A stretch of DNA of 64,000 bases, taken from NCBI GenBank assembly GCA_964016885.1, contig OZ024742.1, forward strand, positions 212,908,001-212,972,000, in the 5' to 3' direction. The notes under the pieces are model-generated. The model was not told where the DNA came from, made no database searches, and was given only the letters and a program-made list of their open reading frames with translations. The first letter of the stretch is position 1. Each line of letters starts with the position of its first letter. The position numbers and the translations under genes are program-made. Source of the DNA: Eledone cirrhosa (lineage: Eukaryota). Shown piece by piece: positions 52,537 through 64,000 of this stretch.

Positions 52537-55500
52537 TTTGGTGATGCTTGGTGATGTTAACTCTGGTGCGCATCATTTGAGGAGAATGGAAATCAGAAGC
52601 AAAGAGAACTGGAAGTATAGAGAAAGAGCATTTATAAAGCGGGGGATGAGAGAGATGTGAGATAGATATTAAATATTAGTAAAATAATGATATTAAAGAA
52701 AGTGTCTGTTTTAATATAGAGGAGCACAAGATCTAGAAATACAATGTAAGGTCGACTACATGAAGGGAATTAAGAAGAGAGAGTATTGAAATACACGATG
52801 AATGCAAAAAGAAAGAAGAAGGGGCCTCGGAAGGATAGGAGCAAGAAGAATGAAGTCTTGTTTATTGATTGAAAAAATATATATATATCCGGTGAAATGG
52901 TTAAAGATTATCGAAAATTATAGTTGGAGGGACGAAAAACCTTTGTGAATGAAAATAAAGAAAGAAGCATGAGAGGAGAGGACTGAGGAAATAAAAGCAA
53001 AATTCCAGTAAAAGAAAGGGAGTCACAATAATAGAATAAAATAAGGTGAAATAAAACAAAATGAAGATGATTGTGATAAAATAAAATTAAATCTAATAAT
53101 TATTTCTAATATTAGCATAAGGTTAGTAATTCGGGGGAAAGAGAAAGTCGATTAAGTGCGTTACTGGTATCTTATTTTATCGACCCCGTAAAAATGAAAG
53201 GCAAAACTAACCTCAATGGGATCGTAACTCAGAATTTAAAGAGCCCGAATAAATGAAACGAAGCATTTTACCCAACGTAATGATTTCTGATTTAGGCACA
53301 GGGCCGACAATTTTGGGGAAGGGGAAAATCGATTAAATCGACTCCAGTGTGTTACTGATACTTTATTTTATGAACCCTCTAGGAATGAAAGGTAAAGTTA
53401 ACCTCAGCAGGATTTTAACCCAGAACGTAAAGGGCCGTAACTATATGCCGCAAAGCATGCTGTCCGATGCTCTACCGATACTGCTAATCTATCGCATCCA
53501 ACTAAATCTAAATAATCACAGTATTAAACAAAAACAAGGCCTTTTACCAATATAGAGGGATACACAACAATTTACTAAAATTATTTGAGGTTGTTCCAAT
53601 AACATGGAAATAACAATTACCTACTAAAAATCATTGGCATCAAATTCGTGTTAAAATAAACATATGACTCCGAGGAATTTCTAAAAAAAAGACTGAAAAA
53701 ATTCAAACTAATTTCCAAAAGATCTAAAAATTTCAAAGAAGTTACATCTATAAAGTTGCAGTGTATACAACTTACAGGCAAGATAAAGTTTTTTTGGGTA
53801 AACTTATTTTGATATTCAAGACAAACTCGTTGTTAATAGCAGAAATAAAGTTTTTGTTATTGCTAGCATAGTTTAAGTATTGCTTGTTTAAGTATTGCTT
53901 GTCGACTAGCTGCATTACATCTAGCTGCATTACATCTCTAAAATCCCACACTAAGGTGGAATGGATCGCTGTCACTTACTAGAACGAGTGTTCTAGTTGC
54001 TTGAACAATGGCACAATCTGCTCATGAAATTAACGTGAAAGTGGCTTTAAAACCCACAGATACGTTAGTGTAATTTTCAGGGAGATTTATTGTGACACAG
54101 TATGTGACAAGATTGGCACTTTGTATACCAGGTACAACTTTCTTTTGCCAGTTGAATGGACTGGAAGACTGTGAAATAAAGTGTCTTGCTCAATGAAACA
54201 ACACACCCACCAAGAATCAAAGCCATGACTATCCGATCGTGAGCAGAAGACCCTAACCAGTTTACTACGTGCCTCCACCGAACCACCTCCCCTCACACGC
54301 GCGGGATTAATAGCCAAACACCCTAACCACTAAGCCATGAGCCATCACCCCGCTCTAAACACCTTTCCCGGAATACACACTATCAGAATTGTATGCCAAA
54401 AGAAGTTTCTTCTTGGCCATGTTTTCCAACGTTATACTAATTTCCTAATTATATACTACAATCTTTACTAACTATAAATGGAACATCAAGTATTTCGTTA
54501 GTATGCAGTAATGTCTTCAAATGTTCCTGTAGTCAAAGTGGAAATATATAAGTGGAGGCAGTGAATTGGCAGAATCGTTAGAAGGTCGGACAGAATGTTT
54601 TGCGGTATTCGTTTTGACTCTCAGCGCTCTCTGAGTTTAAATTCCGCTGAGGTTAGCTTTTGCCTTTTATCTTTTCGGGGTCGATAAAAAAGTATCACCA
54701 CCATACTGGAAGTGAGAATGAGATATAGAGGAGGATCACTCCTCTATATCTCTTTCTCACTTCCTCTCTCTTTCCTTCCCTGGAAGAAATCTGCTGTGTT
54801 GTGATCTGGAGAAGGGATGGGCTACGTTAGGTTTAAAATGCCCAAGATACGTCGTGTGTCACGACGGCTCCTGTACGACTCCATCAGGGCTTACGGGTCC
54901 TTACATACATATCTATTGGGTGACATAAACCTCAGGGTATACAGCCACGTTTCGCTTCAAGGTCAAATATAATTCATTCTGCTGACATTACTATTGTCCA
55001 CGAAATACATAAACGCCGCACAAACTCGCTTCCTACAATAAAAGTGTGGCTTTATATCAAATTAGGAAATCGATAGTTTCTCTCGTGATACAGGTTTTGC
55101 TCTTTTTAACTTCCTGAGAAGAATTTTAAGAGCCTGGTTAAATTCGTTTAAACTGACATGTCATATTGTCATCATGTTGCCATTGTCATTTCTTCCTCTT
55201 TACATACACTACTATTTCTTCTTCTTCTTCTCCTCCCCTCCGCCTTCTTCTTCTTCTTCTTCTTCTTCTTCTTCTTCTTCTTCTTCTTCTTCTTCAACCA
55301 GATAATTATATCCCTGTATTGTCTGAAGCAACACAATTTCCGGAAAGACGACATATTTTTAAACAATATTAACAGAACGTAGAAATAAACGTAGCGTCTG
55401 TTCGACGACACCGCCGAATCAATTGTACATAAACTCAGTTTTATGGAAACATTAAGCAATATCATAGGATCTTAGTAATTCTTTTTTTGTGCTTTATTTT

Positions 55501-57003
55501 CCTGAAATTATAACAACATTTTCTAATTCTGAATAAAAAATATATATAAAAAGAAAATGTCAATTCCTGTTTCTAAAAGGTCAGAGAACCAAGGAAACAG
55601 AGTTTAAAATAAGGTACGTTTTTCTTTTTTGCAATAATAACGATATAAAACAAAATTAGTCATAAAAATGAAAGCAAAAAATCTGCAGTTAAGACAAAAT
55701 TTAGAATTTGACCTTACATTAAAGATGTCAACAAGCGATGTACAATGAAATAAGCGATAAGTAGTTGGTAAGCTCGGTGAACGGCCTGCTCACGTCAGTT
55801 TTGCCTTCGAAATGTAGTTACCAATTATACCTCGAATAAATTACAAATCAATTGGGATTAACACTTTTGATCACGAACGTTCGAACAAAAAGCTGCTGAG
55901 GAACCAAATTAAGTACGCAGCTGTATTGTCAGTAAATCGTATTTTGTCTAAAGTCTTTCTTAAGCCAGAAGACTCGTTAGGCTGGTGCTTATTCCGGTTT
56001 CATGGCGTTAAGCGACTGAGAGTACAAGACTGCCCCTGGACAGGGCGCTAGTCCACCGCAGGGTTAAATCCCCAGCTATTACTGGTACTCATTTTCAGCT
56101 GAGTATGCTGGAGCAACGCGAAATGAAGTGTTTTGCTCAAGAACAGCACGCAAACCAGCCTAGGAATTGAACCCACGGCATTATGATCGTAAGTCCAACA
56201 CCCTTACCACTAGTCCACGTGTCTCCATCGTATCTTGTATAGTGCTTTATTTGTGACATCGTATGCTATTTTTTTCTACGATTCAGTCTATAAGCTGTAA
56301 ACAGAAACCATAAGGTAGGATGGCTCTCTTTGAAAGCTATGTAAAATTGATGCGATAAAATTTGCCCTCATTGCTAAGTTTGGTTTTCTTATTTATTTGT
56401 GTGAGGGTAGAAGCACCAGTAATGCAGCCTCCATCGCAACCACTCCAGAGTAATTTCGAGAGCTAAAATGAAATTTCATATTAGAATTTTTCCTACTGAA
56501 AAAGTGTTATTTTCAAAGGAATTCTAATCTGCAGTGACATACCCTTTCTCTCACATTGTAGGGTTTGTTTTCTGTTTGAAATAAAAGTAAGAAAAATAAA
56601 AAACTACAACAGTTACTCTGCTTACAAGAAAGCCACTTTCTTGAATGACAATGACTACTATATTTACAACGAAATATAGATAAATGACTGTGAATGTCAA
56701 TGTTTTGTTTTATAACTGTTTGTTTTGTTTTCATCTTCGTCTAGTCCAGCTTGTTATTCGGTTTGTACTAGTTGATCATCTTAGCTTTTGCTTTTCTTTG
56801 TGATGGCATTTCTGATCGAATTTTTAACTTTAACTGAAACGCAGTATGTTATTGAATGAGACGATATGTCGAGACATCAATGTAAGAAAAGAAAAAAATA
56901 TATATTTTGCTTCAAGTGTACTGATTTAAGATTCCGACATTAAACGAGAATTAAAACAAAAACAACAAAACAAAACAAAAAAAAACGAAAAAAAAAAACA
57001 GCG

Positions 57004-58710
57004 TCAGCAGTTACTGGACCAGCGAGGACCAGCGCCTATGGTGGTAAGTAGGGAGATAGCCCTAGGGCCAAGGATATCAGAAGTCTCCACAGCTAGGGGC
57101 TCGATTGCAAACCTGTCGGAGAGCGACCGATACTTGGAGAGTGAAGAACCTGGATTAGTCGCAGACTGCACCAGGTTGCGGCTGGAGAATGTGTCGCTGC
57201 AAGTGGCATCCCAGACAAGGGGTTTACCACAGCGGAATGGGAAGATGTTCATACCATCTGTCCTTTTGCCGTCCGCTCGGTCCAGCCACACCGGCTCGAG
57301 CTGGGAGGGGAAGCCTGCAGCATCCAAGCCATGCTTTATGACCTCGTTGAGGGGGGAATGGCGTGGAAAGCGGCCGGTACTATAGCGACAGAAAAGCGGG
57401 TGGAGGCCAAAAGAGTCCACGGTGGATCCGCAACGACATTTATGTGGCTCACAGATCCGGAGGCCAAGCCTCAGGGAAACCCCAATGCGCAGGCTATCAT
57501 TGTCCAGCTGGGTGCCAGTAGAGAAGGAGGGTAAGGCATGGAGCTAGGCACCGCTGTGGGGTTGTGAGGCCGCGTGAAAACATGCAAGGCGGGGCTGGTC
57601 GAGCTGGCGCGCTAGTCTGTCAGACGCCAGGTTGCACTGGATGGCATCCCAAATACTCTGCGGGGACTTGACGTCAGCAGGGGAAGAATGACTTCTACTG
57701 GGCTAAGTCCAAGCCGGTTCCACGTCTCGCAGGCGGCCTCTCGTTCCTCGATCATAGTGGGTTCCATTGTGTTTAGGAGAACCTTGTTGACGAGGACGCG
57801 GCATGAGGTTACTGATGAAAGAAACACCGGCAAAGCAAGTGAGATCGGGAACCGGAAGCCAAGGCCACCACATCTAATAGGTAAGGTGGCCTATTGCCAT
57901 CAAATGTCATCAAACCTGGCGTTGCATATCTTCTCAGTTGCCGCTTGGATACAAGTGTCGAGGTCAGCAAGGAGAGATGCGTGGCCGTAGTACGGAGGGT
58001 ATAGAGGAGCTTCGGCATCGCGAAGCAGTTCGTCAACAGGAAGAGGGCTGGGTGGGCGTCAACCATGCTCAGTCGGCTCGTGAGGGTCTTGAGTTGCTGG
58101 AGCCTGCACCTGATGGTGGAGCGGATGGCCGACGGGTTGATCGGTGACCCGAGGATGAGGACATCCTCTTTAAAGGTCACCTCACAGCCACAGACACGCC
58201 GACACCCAGTTGCATCGGGCTAAGCCCCACGCCTAGTTCAGGTGTGATGGACCTGCAGACCACCTTAGCAGCCAGCCTCCGGAAAATATTGTCCACCGCG
58301 ATGGAGCGTATGTCACCCTCTTTCTTCCTGAGGGCAGCCAGGCTGGCCGAAAAAAAGAGGCCTCGGGCGTGTGGGTCCAGGGCGCCATGGATGAACCTAT
58401 TAGTGAGTACCACAATTGCACTCAGAAGTCGGCGCCCGGCCTCAGCGGAGAGGGTGGATAACAACTCCTTGAGTGGTCAGGTCGGAGGCCATTAGCACCT
58501 CCGCTGTTGCTGGTTGGAAAGGACTTAATGGCAGATATGATGTCTGCGTCAGAAGCTACAAAGGGCAAGTGAGGATCAGATGGGGGTACGGGTCTAAGGT
58601 CGGCGGGCGGCTCAGGATGCTTCAGCCGAAAGGCAACCAGGACCTCCTCTGTGGGTTGGAGGATAGTGTCCTCCGAGGCAACCACTCTGACATCACCCAT
58701 GATTAGTTTA
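57004..58710 (-). mobile_element. CRE-clade non-LTR retrotransposon relic (RT + restriction-like endonuclease), internally deleted
   Basis: LRKKEGDIRSIAVDNIFRRLAAK..QLGVG (RT N-terminus), ILGSPI, CFAMPKLLYTLR, RHSPLN..EP...DGKRTDG..WDATCSDT..PLAVET (RLE); GC-rich relative to flanks. Confidence 0.8.
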
Positions 58711-60293
58711 GCGTAAATGCTTTGCGCTCTCAAAAGACTACACATTTATAGAGAGAAGTATAGTTGACTAAATCTAACTAATAACAATAATAATAATAAT
58801 TGTTTTTACTTTAGGCATAAGGCCAGCAATTTGAAAGGGAAGGGAAAGTCAATTAAATCGACCTCAGTGCTTATTGGTACTTTATTTTATCGACCTCCTA
58901 AGGATGAAAAGCAAAGCTAACCTCGGTGGGATTTGAAACCAGAAGATAAAGGGCTGTAACTCTATGCTGCGAAGCATGGTGTCCGGCGCTCTACTGATAC
59001 TGCCAATCCACCGCCCTACTATTACTACTACTAATAATAATAACAATGAAAATTATTGTGTACAGTGCTAAAGTGCACCACTACACGAATAGTATTCATT
59101 TTATTGCCAATAGTGGAATGAATGCGAGTTTAACTCAGAGCGTAGTGGGAGGAAACTAAACACTGTAGAACATTTAGTTCTAAACAGTGTTCTTTTAGCT
59201 CCTTTATTGCATAATATTTATTACGTATGCAACATTGTGTAATTCGTGCGTAGGAGAACATTTCAAGGCACTGTATAATTTTTTATCAACCCAACCAGCA
59301 AAGAAGATGGGATCGTTCACAGAGAATTCTCATCGACAAAATAATCCTTAAGAAGAACAACTCAGGGTAACAGAAGAACGTTTTAAACGAGTAAATTACA
59401 ATAAATTACAAAATTCTAACAAACCGAATATTTGGATTTTTCGTGTGTTAGAAGATTGATTGACAGCATCTCACAGTTGGAAAAAAGAAAATCTATAATT
59501 GACCGGATATAAATGAAAAATTACAAAATTGACACCATTGCACTGAAAAAAGCAAGGCTTGCAGGCAAATCCTATTTTGATGTTGGGAGTGTTTATGTTC
59601 AGAATTAAATTAGGAAGCTCAATAATGAAATACGTCAAACTAACAGCCAACTGGACATCCTCTAGAGTTTCTTCGCTATGGTACTATTGACAAGATAATG
59701 ATTTTTTCCCTTACGCTCCATGCTATTCTAATAAATGGGGATATTTCCATTACGGCTGGTTCTGAAGATACTACTTAGCTTTATTTTAACCTTAGTAAAC
59801 TTATTTTATCAGAATAAATAAAATACCAGTTTAAACATTTTCGAAATTAAATTATTGCACCTGGTTATGTATGCTTCATCATCATTATATTGGTAATATA
59901 AATCCTAATAAATTTTGCTTCCACCAAAATACAATGCCTTGCAATTGCTAGCACAATGTTTTAACATAAATACCCCAGTTACAATTACTCTCGGTATTCG
60001 CGGTCCCGGTTATTCGCAGAATTTTTCTTAGAATCTAACTAATAATTATTCGTGGAAACTACCCCATATTCACGGATAACCGCTAAACAGCGAGAAACGA
60101 TTGTCGGTTATTTCCCTTTGTTTTTGCTGAAGCTAGGTATGCGACTATAGTGGCTACCTTAAATTCACAGTGAAAGGCCTTCAAAATGTTTTTAAATAAG
60201 CATACAGTATATTATTAGCTACTCAATACGTACATTCCTAAATACATCGCTATTTCAGAGCTCCAACACAAATACATATGGGATAGTAGAGAA

Positions 60294-60383
<90 letters not shown>

Positions 60384-60449
60384 CTCTCTACAATCCCAAG
60401 TGTCGAGTACTCTGAGAATAATGGTCTTGCTAGTTTAAACTGGTAATGC

Positions 60450-61180
60450 ATCCCTCGATCACGAGTGCATTTGGCAAGCTCTATCATCACCTTTGGAACG
60501 AGAGGGACATAAAACGACACCACGATACAGTTTTATAAAGCTGTTGTACTGACCACGCTCTCATGTGTGCGGCCGTATAGGCCGCACATCAATCAACTGT
60601 ACGTTTTCATAAAGGCTGACTTCGCGCAATCTGTGGGTACACACAGACAAAATATCGAATGCTGACCTCTTCACTATGGGCAAGATTGGAGGTATTGAGA
60701 CCTTTATTATGAAATCACAACTACTCTGGACTGATCATGTCACCAGAATGAGTGACAAAAGAATACCAAAAGTCCTCGTGTACAGCCAGATTGATGGTGG
60801 ATAGAGAAATGTTGTACGGCCATGGCTCAGGTACAAAGATAAGCTGAAAAGTAATGTTTCTGCAACCAATATAGCTTATGAGACATTTGAGCGAGTGGCC
60901 TTGCAGCAAAGAACTGGAAATCTGTGTCATTAAGGTACCAGGAACTTCGAGTCCAGTTGTATCCAAAGACTGCAAGAAGCAAGAGATGGAAGAAAAGCAT
61001 TATTAAACATATATAATAAAGTACCAGTAATACACTGGGTAATTGCTGGCTTTGTGTCAAAAGTAGAAACAATTATTAAACATACTAGCAACATTATCCA
61101 GTAAACCTCACACTTGCATAATCTGTGGACTTGCTTTCAAATCCTTGGCAGGTCTAAAATTACATGCCTGCCCGATATAA
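60450..61180 (+). mobile_element. RTE-clade LINE 3' relic with terminal C2H2-like motif
   Basis: AFGKLYHHLWN, FYKAVVLTTL, QLLWTDHVTRMSDKRIPK, RPWLRYKDKLK, CIICGLAFKSLAGLKLH; truncated SINE A inserted at about 61010-61075. Confidence 0.7.
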
Positions 61181-61767
61181 ACATCCAAACTGAATGAACT
61201 GAATAGGTTATTTGGATCCTCATACATCAACATCGATGGGAGAGACCCCCCCCCCCCATCACACATATATATGCAGATAATTACGGTGTTTATCTGTGTT
61301 TAACGCCGCGAGGATGAATCGCTTTAAGCAACCCAAAAGAACTTCATGCCAGCGAAATGTTGGTGATTAGGTGTGACCGAGTTTCCATTTACATACTTGT
61401 TTTATTGCACAATATATATTTCAATAACATGGTTATGCAATAGTTATATCGTCGACACTCTTCATTCAATTAGATGATGATACAATTACGGGATGTAGTT
61501 ATGCAAGTATGTCGCTGGTAATGTATTATCTTCCTGGTGTAATACGAGCGAGCATAATCAACTCATCTAATCTAGCACCCCCCCCCCCCCCACACATATA
61601 TATAAATAGGATTTATCTTCAAGCGTAGCTGTATACAAATATGTATAGAAATTTCGTATTTCTAAAAAAACACGGTATGTTTACAGGCTAAAACATTTAG
61701 GAAGCCGTAGTTATGCAGACACGGGGCTAACGCCCTCTGGTAGTGTCCACCAGAAACAAGGGGGACA

Positions 61768-61811
61768 ACCGTCTATGCATTTCAAACTTGACTGGTCTTT
61801 ATCAGGACGGT
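61768..61811 (-). ncRNA. Minimal hammerhead ribozyme variant (CUGAUAA core) within a 333-bp terminally redundant unit (61604-61955)
   Basis: ACCGTC-CTGATAA-AGAC cagtcaa GTTT-GAAA-TGCA-TA-GACGGT; perfect 6-bp stem I and palindromic ATGCAT stem III; conserved G8 replaced by A. Confidence 0.6.
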
Positions 61812-61975
61812 CCGTCGCACAACTGCTGGACTTCAGAACAGTCGAGAATATATAGTTTTTTCGTCTGTGTAAATGAGGTGATTAATCTCATTTGCATATG
61901 AAGCTGCATAAGTTGGCTCAACTTATGATAGAATAGAAATAGGATTTAGCTTCAATTCTTTAGAAATACCAAATT

Positions 61976-62047
<72 letters not shown>

Positions 62048-62745
62048 AGGTATGTACACCTTATCTGTATGTTTGTGCATGTACGTATATTTTATGTATG
62101 TATATATGCATGTATGCGTTATAGGTGTATATATATGTATCGTTATTCTTGATTAAATATAAATAATTTTGTTGTTTATTTTAAGATTCACTTCTTTAAC
62201 ATTTTCAAATGTCAACACTTCCGGTTAGCAATCGCTTAAATAAACATTCTTATATTTCCGTCACTAATTTTCTCCTAATGCAGTTTATATATAATGTCGT
62301 CTTTTTTTAATGTATCATGGATTACGTTACTGTTTACATAAGACAGCGTAACGCAGGCTTCGTTCAATTTCTGTGGATATTGTCAATTACGATTTTATTT
62401 GACGTATCATATCTACATGTATATATACTTGCGTATAATATCAATATGCACACTAAACATGCTAGCAGAAAACCAACCGAAGGGTGGTTTTTCTCCTAGT
62501 ATATATATTTACTTCTGCGTCAACAGATTGATATTTTTAGTTTCAGAAGATCCCGTTAAGAGTGAAAGCAGCGATTCTTTGCTTAAGCTATAATCTGCGT
62601 ATATATATGTGTGCATGTATATGTACGCGTGCGCGTGTTTGTGCGTATGTGTGTGTATGTGTATATGTATGTATGGGGTGTGTATACGCGTATGTATGTG
62701 TATATATGTGTATATGTATGTGTGTGTATATATATATATATATGC

Positions 62746-62805
<60 letters not shown>

Positions 62806-62921
62806 ATATTTGTGTGAGCGTATGTATATGTATGTGTATGTATGCGTTGGCCCATTCTTATGCTCAGACGTAAATCTTAACTATACCTTAATGTTCGCAT
62901 CATTATTTACTTTTACTATTA

Positions 62922-64000
62922 CTAGCTGACGTACCCAGCTTCGCCCGGGTAAACAGATGATAAGAGAAGACAGGTAAAAGAGAAAATGCCTGTATTGAAT
63001 GTTTGTCTGGTTAGAGTATGAGGCGAGTCCGTGGTGTCTGTGGAATACAAAAAACAGTAAAAGAAATCTTCCAGATATACCAGATTCTTCGTTGTACCGT
63101 TTGTGCATAGTATATGAACAATTGTAGGTGCTCCCACCTAGAATAGTGACCTATAGATCATTGCATAGACGTGGTTGTTTCACGTTTCTCAAAAGGATGA
63201 TGGAAGTTCCAATCTTTTTATATTATATTATATTACACTGACTAAGCCATGATTGCAAATCACGGATCAAATCACTTAACCTTTGCCGTTCAAGTTCAGT
63301 TATATTTCCAACCGATTCTGATATCCTCCTCCGATTCTGGATCATTAACGTAAATTTGAGCGAATCGAGGCCTCTCTCCTGGGGTAACTTCTAAATTACC
63401 GATACAATGATACAAACGGCCTTGAATGACTACATTCGGTTGCTATGCTCCACTCTCAAACATCTCACTAACTCTCTGCGATGCTAAATTGTTAATTTGC
63501 CGCGTATATTTGCGCAGTAATCTACCTCGGTCTCCTTGACCACCCCACATACTATTTTAAACTCCGGTGACTCCTCATCATCCGGCATTCGCAAGGGTTC
63601 TAGTTGAACTGCTCCTTTATGACAGCACATTGTGGTCCACGTCTTTTCGTGCCTCCAAAGCAATGCTCCACAATGTGGACACTCTGCTCGTCCACCAATC
63701 TGAAAATGACACGGTTGCCATGATCTATTATTAATATCATTCGTTCGCCTTCTAGCCTCTTTACTGGAATGAGGAGCACTTTGGCGACACATTCTCTGAA
63801 CTTCTGTAATGCGCTGGCGCTGTTCAGCCAGCTCCACTTCATCCATGGCAGCACGCCGTTGCTGCTGAATTCTGGCCATCTGCTGATGATGCTCAGCCAG
63901 TTCGTCTTCAACCATCGCAGCACGCCGTCGCTGCTTGACTCCAGTGTTTCGTTGGCGTTGTTCAGCCAGCTCCTCTTCATTCATGGCGGCACGTCTTCAC
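62922..64000 (-). mobile_element. Internally deleted Helitron, 3' part (continues beyond the window)
   Basis: Minus strand hairpin TACCCGGGCGAAGCTGGGTA + CTAG|T; ORF 63484-63984 has RRRAAMxExELAEQ repeats and CPHCGALLW..E....CC..G zinc motif; helicase remnants LRNVKQPRLCN and TKNLVY. Confidence 0.85.

Noticed and set aside
55281-55372. Possible terminal host exon after (TTC)n..CAG (DNYIPVLSEATQFPERRHIFKQY*)
   Set aside because: The acceptor-like context is created by a microsatellite; no homology or other exons to support it

Overview
AT-rich, microsatellite-dense eukaryotic intergenic or intronic DNA with no confidently identifiable host gene. The tRNA-derived SINE families resemble those I recognise from octopod cephalopods (inference). 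The window is almost entirely transposon-derived. It holds two near-full-length and one 5'-truncated Tx1-clade LINEs, a long Penelope-like (Naiad-type, YRDD) RT-GIY-YIG ORF plus two related 3' fragments, two deleted Helitrons, a deleted mariner, MITEs, CRE/RTE/CR1-type LINE relics and about 25 SINE copies. The most notable unannotated signal is a set of type I hammerhead ribozymes (HHR). Three copies lie in a ~470-bp tandem retrozyme/pLTR-like array (6151-7967) with an octamer box ~90 nt upstream of each core. A sequence-unrelated monomer shows the same octamer spacing (61604-61955). HHRs with enlarged stem II terminate the long 3' UTRs of three Penelope-like elements. Also notable are an apparent SINE/Tx1 3'-tail partnership with ATT-target preference and an intact spliced mini-ORF inside a non-autonomous Helitron. 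All calls were made by eye; boundaries of degenerate elements are approximate.
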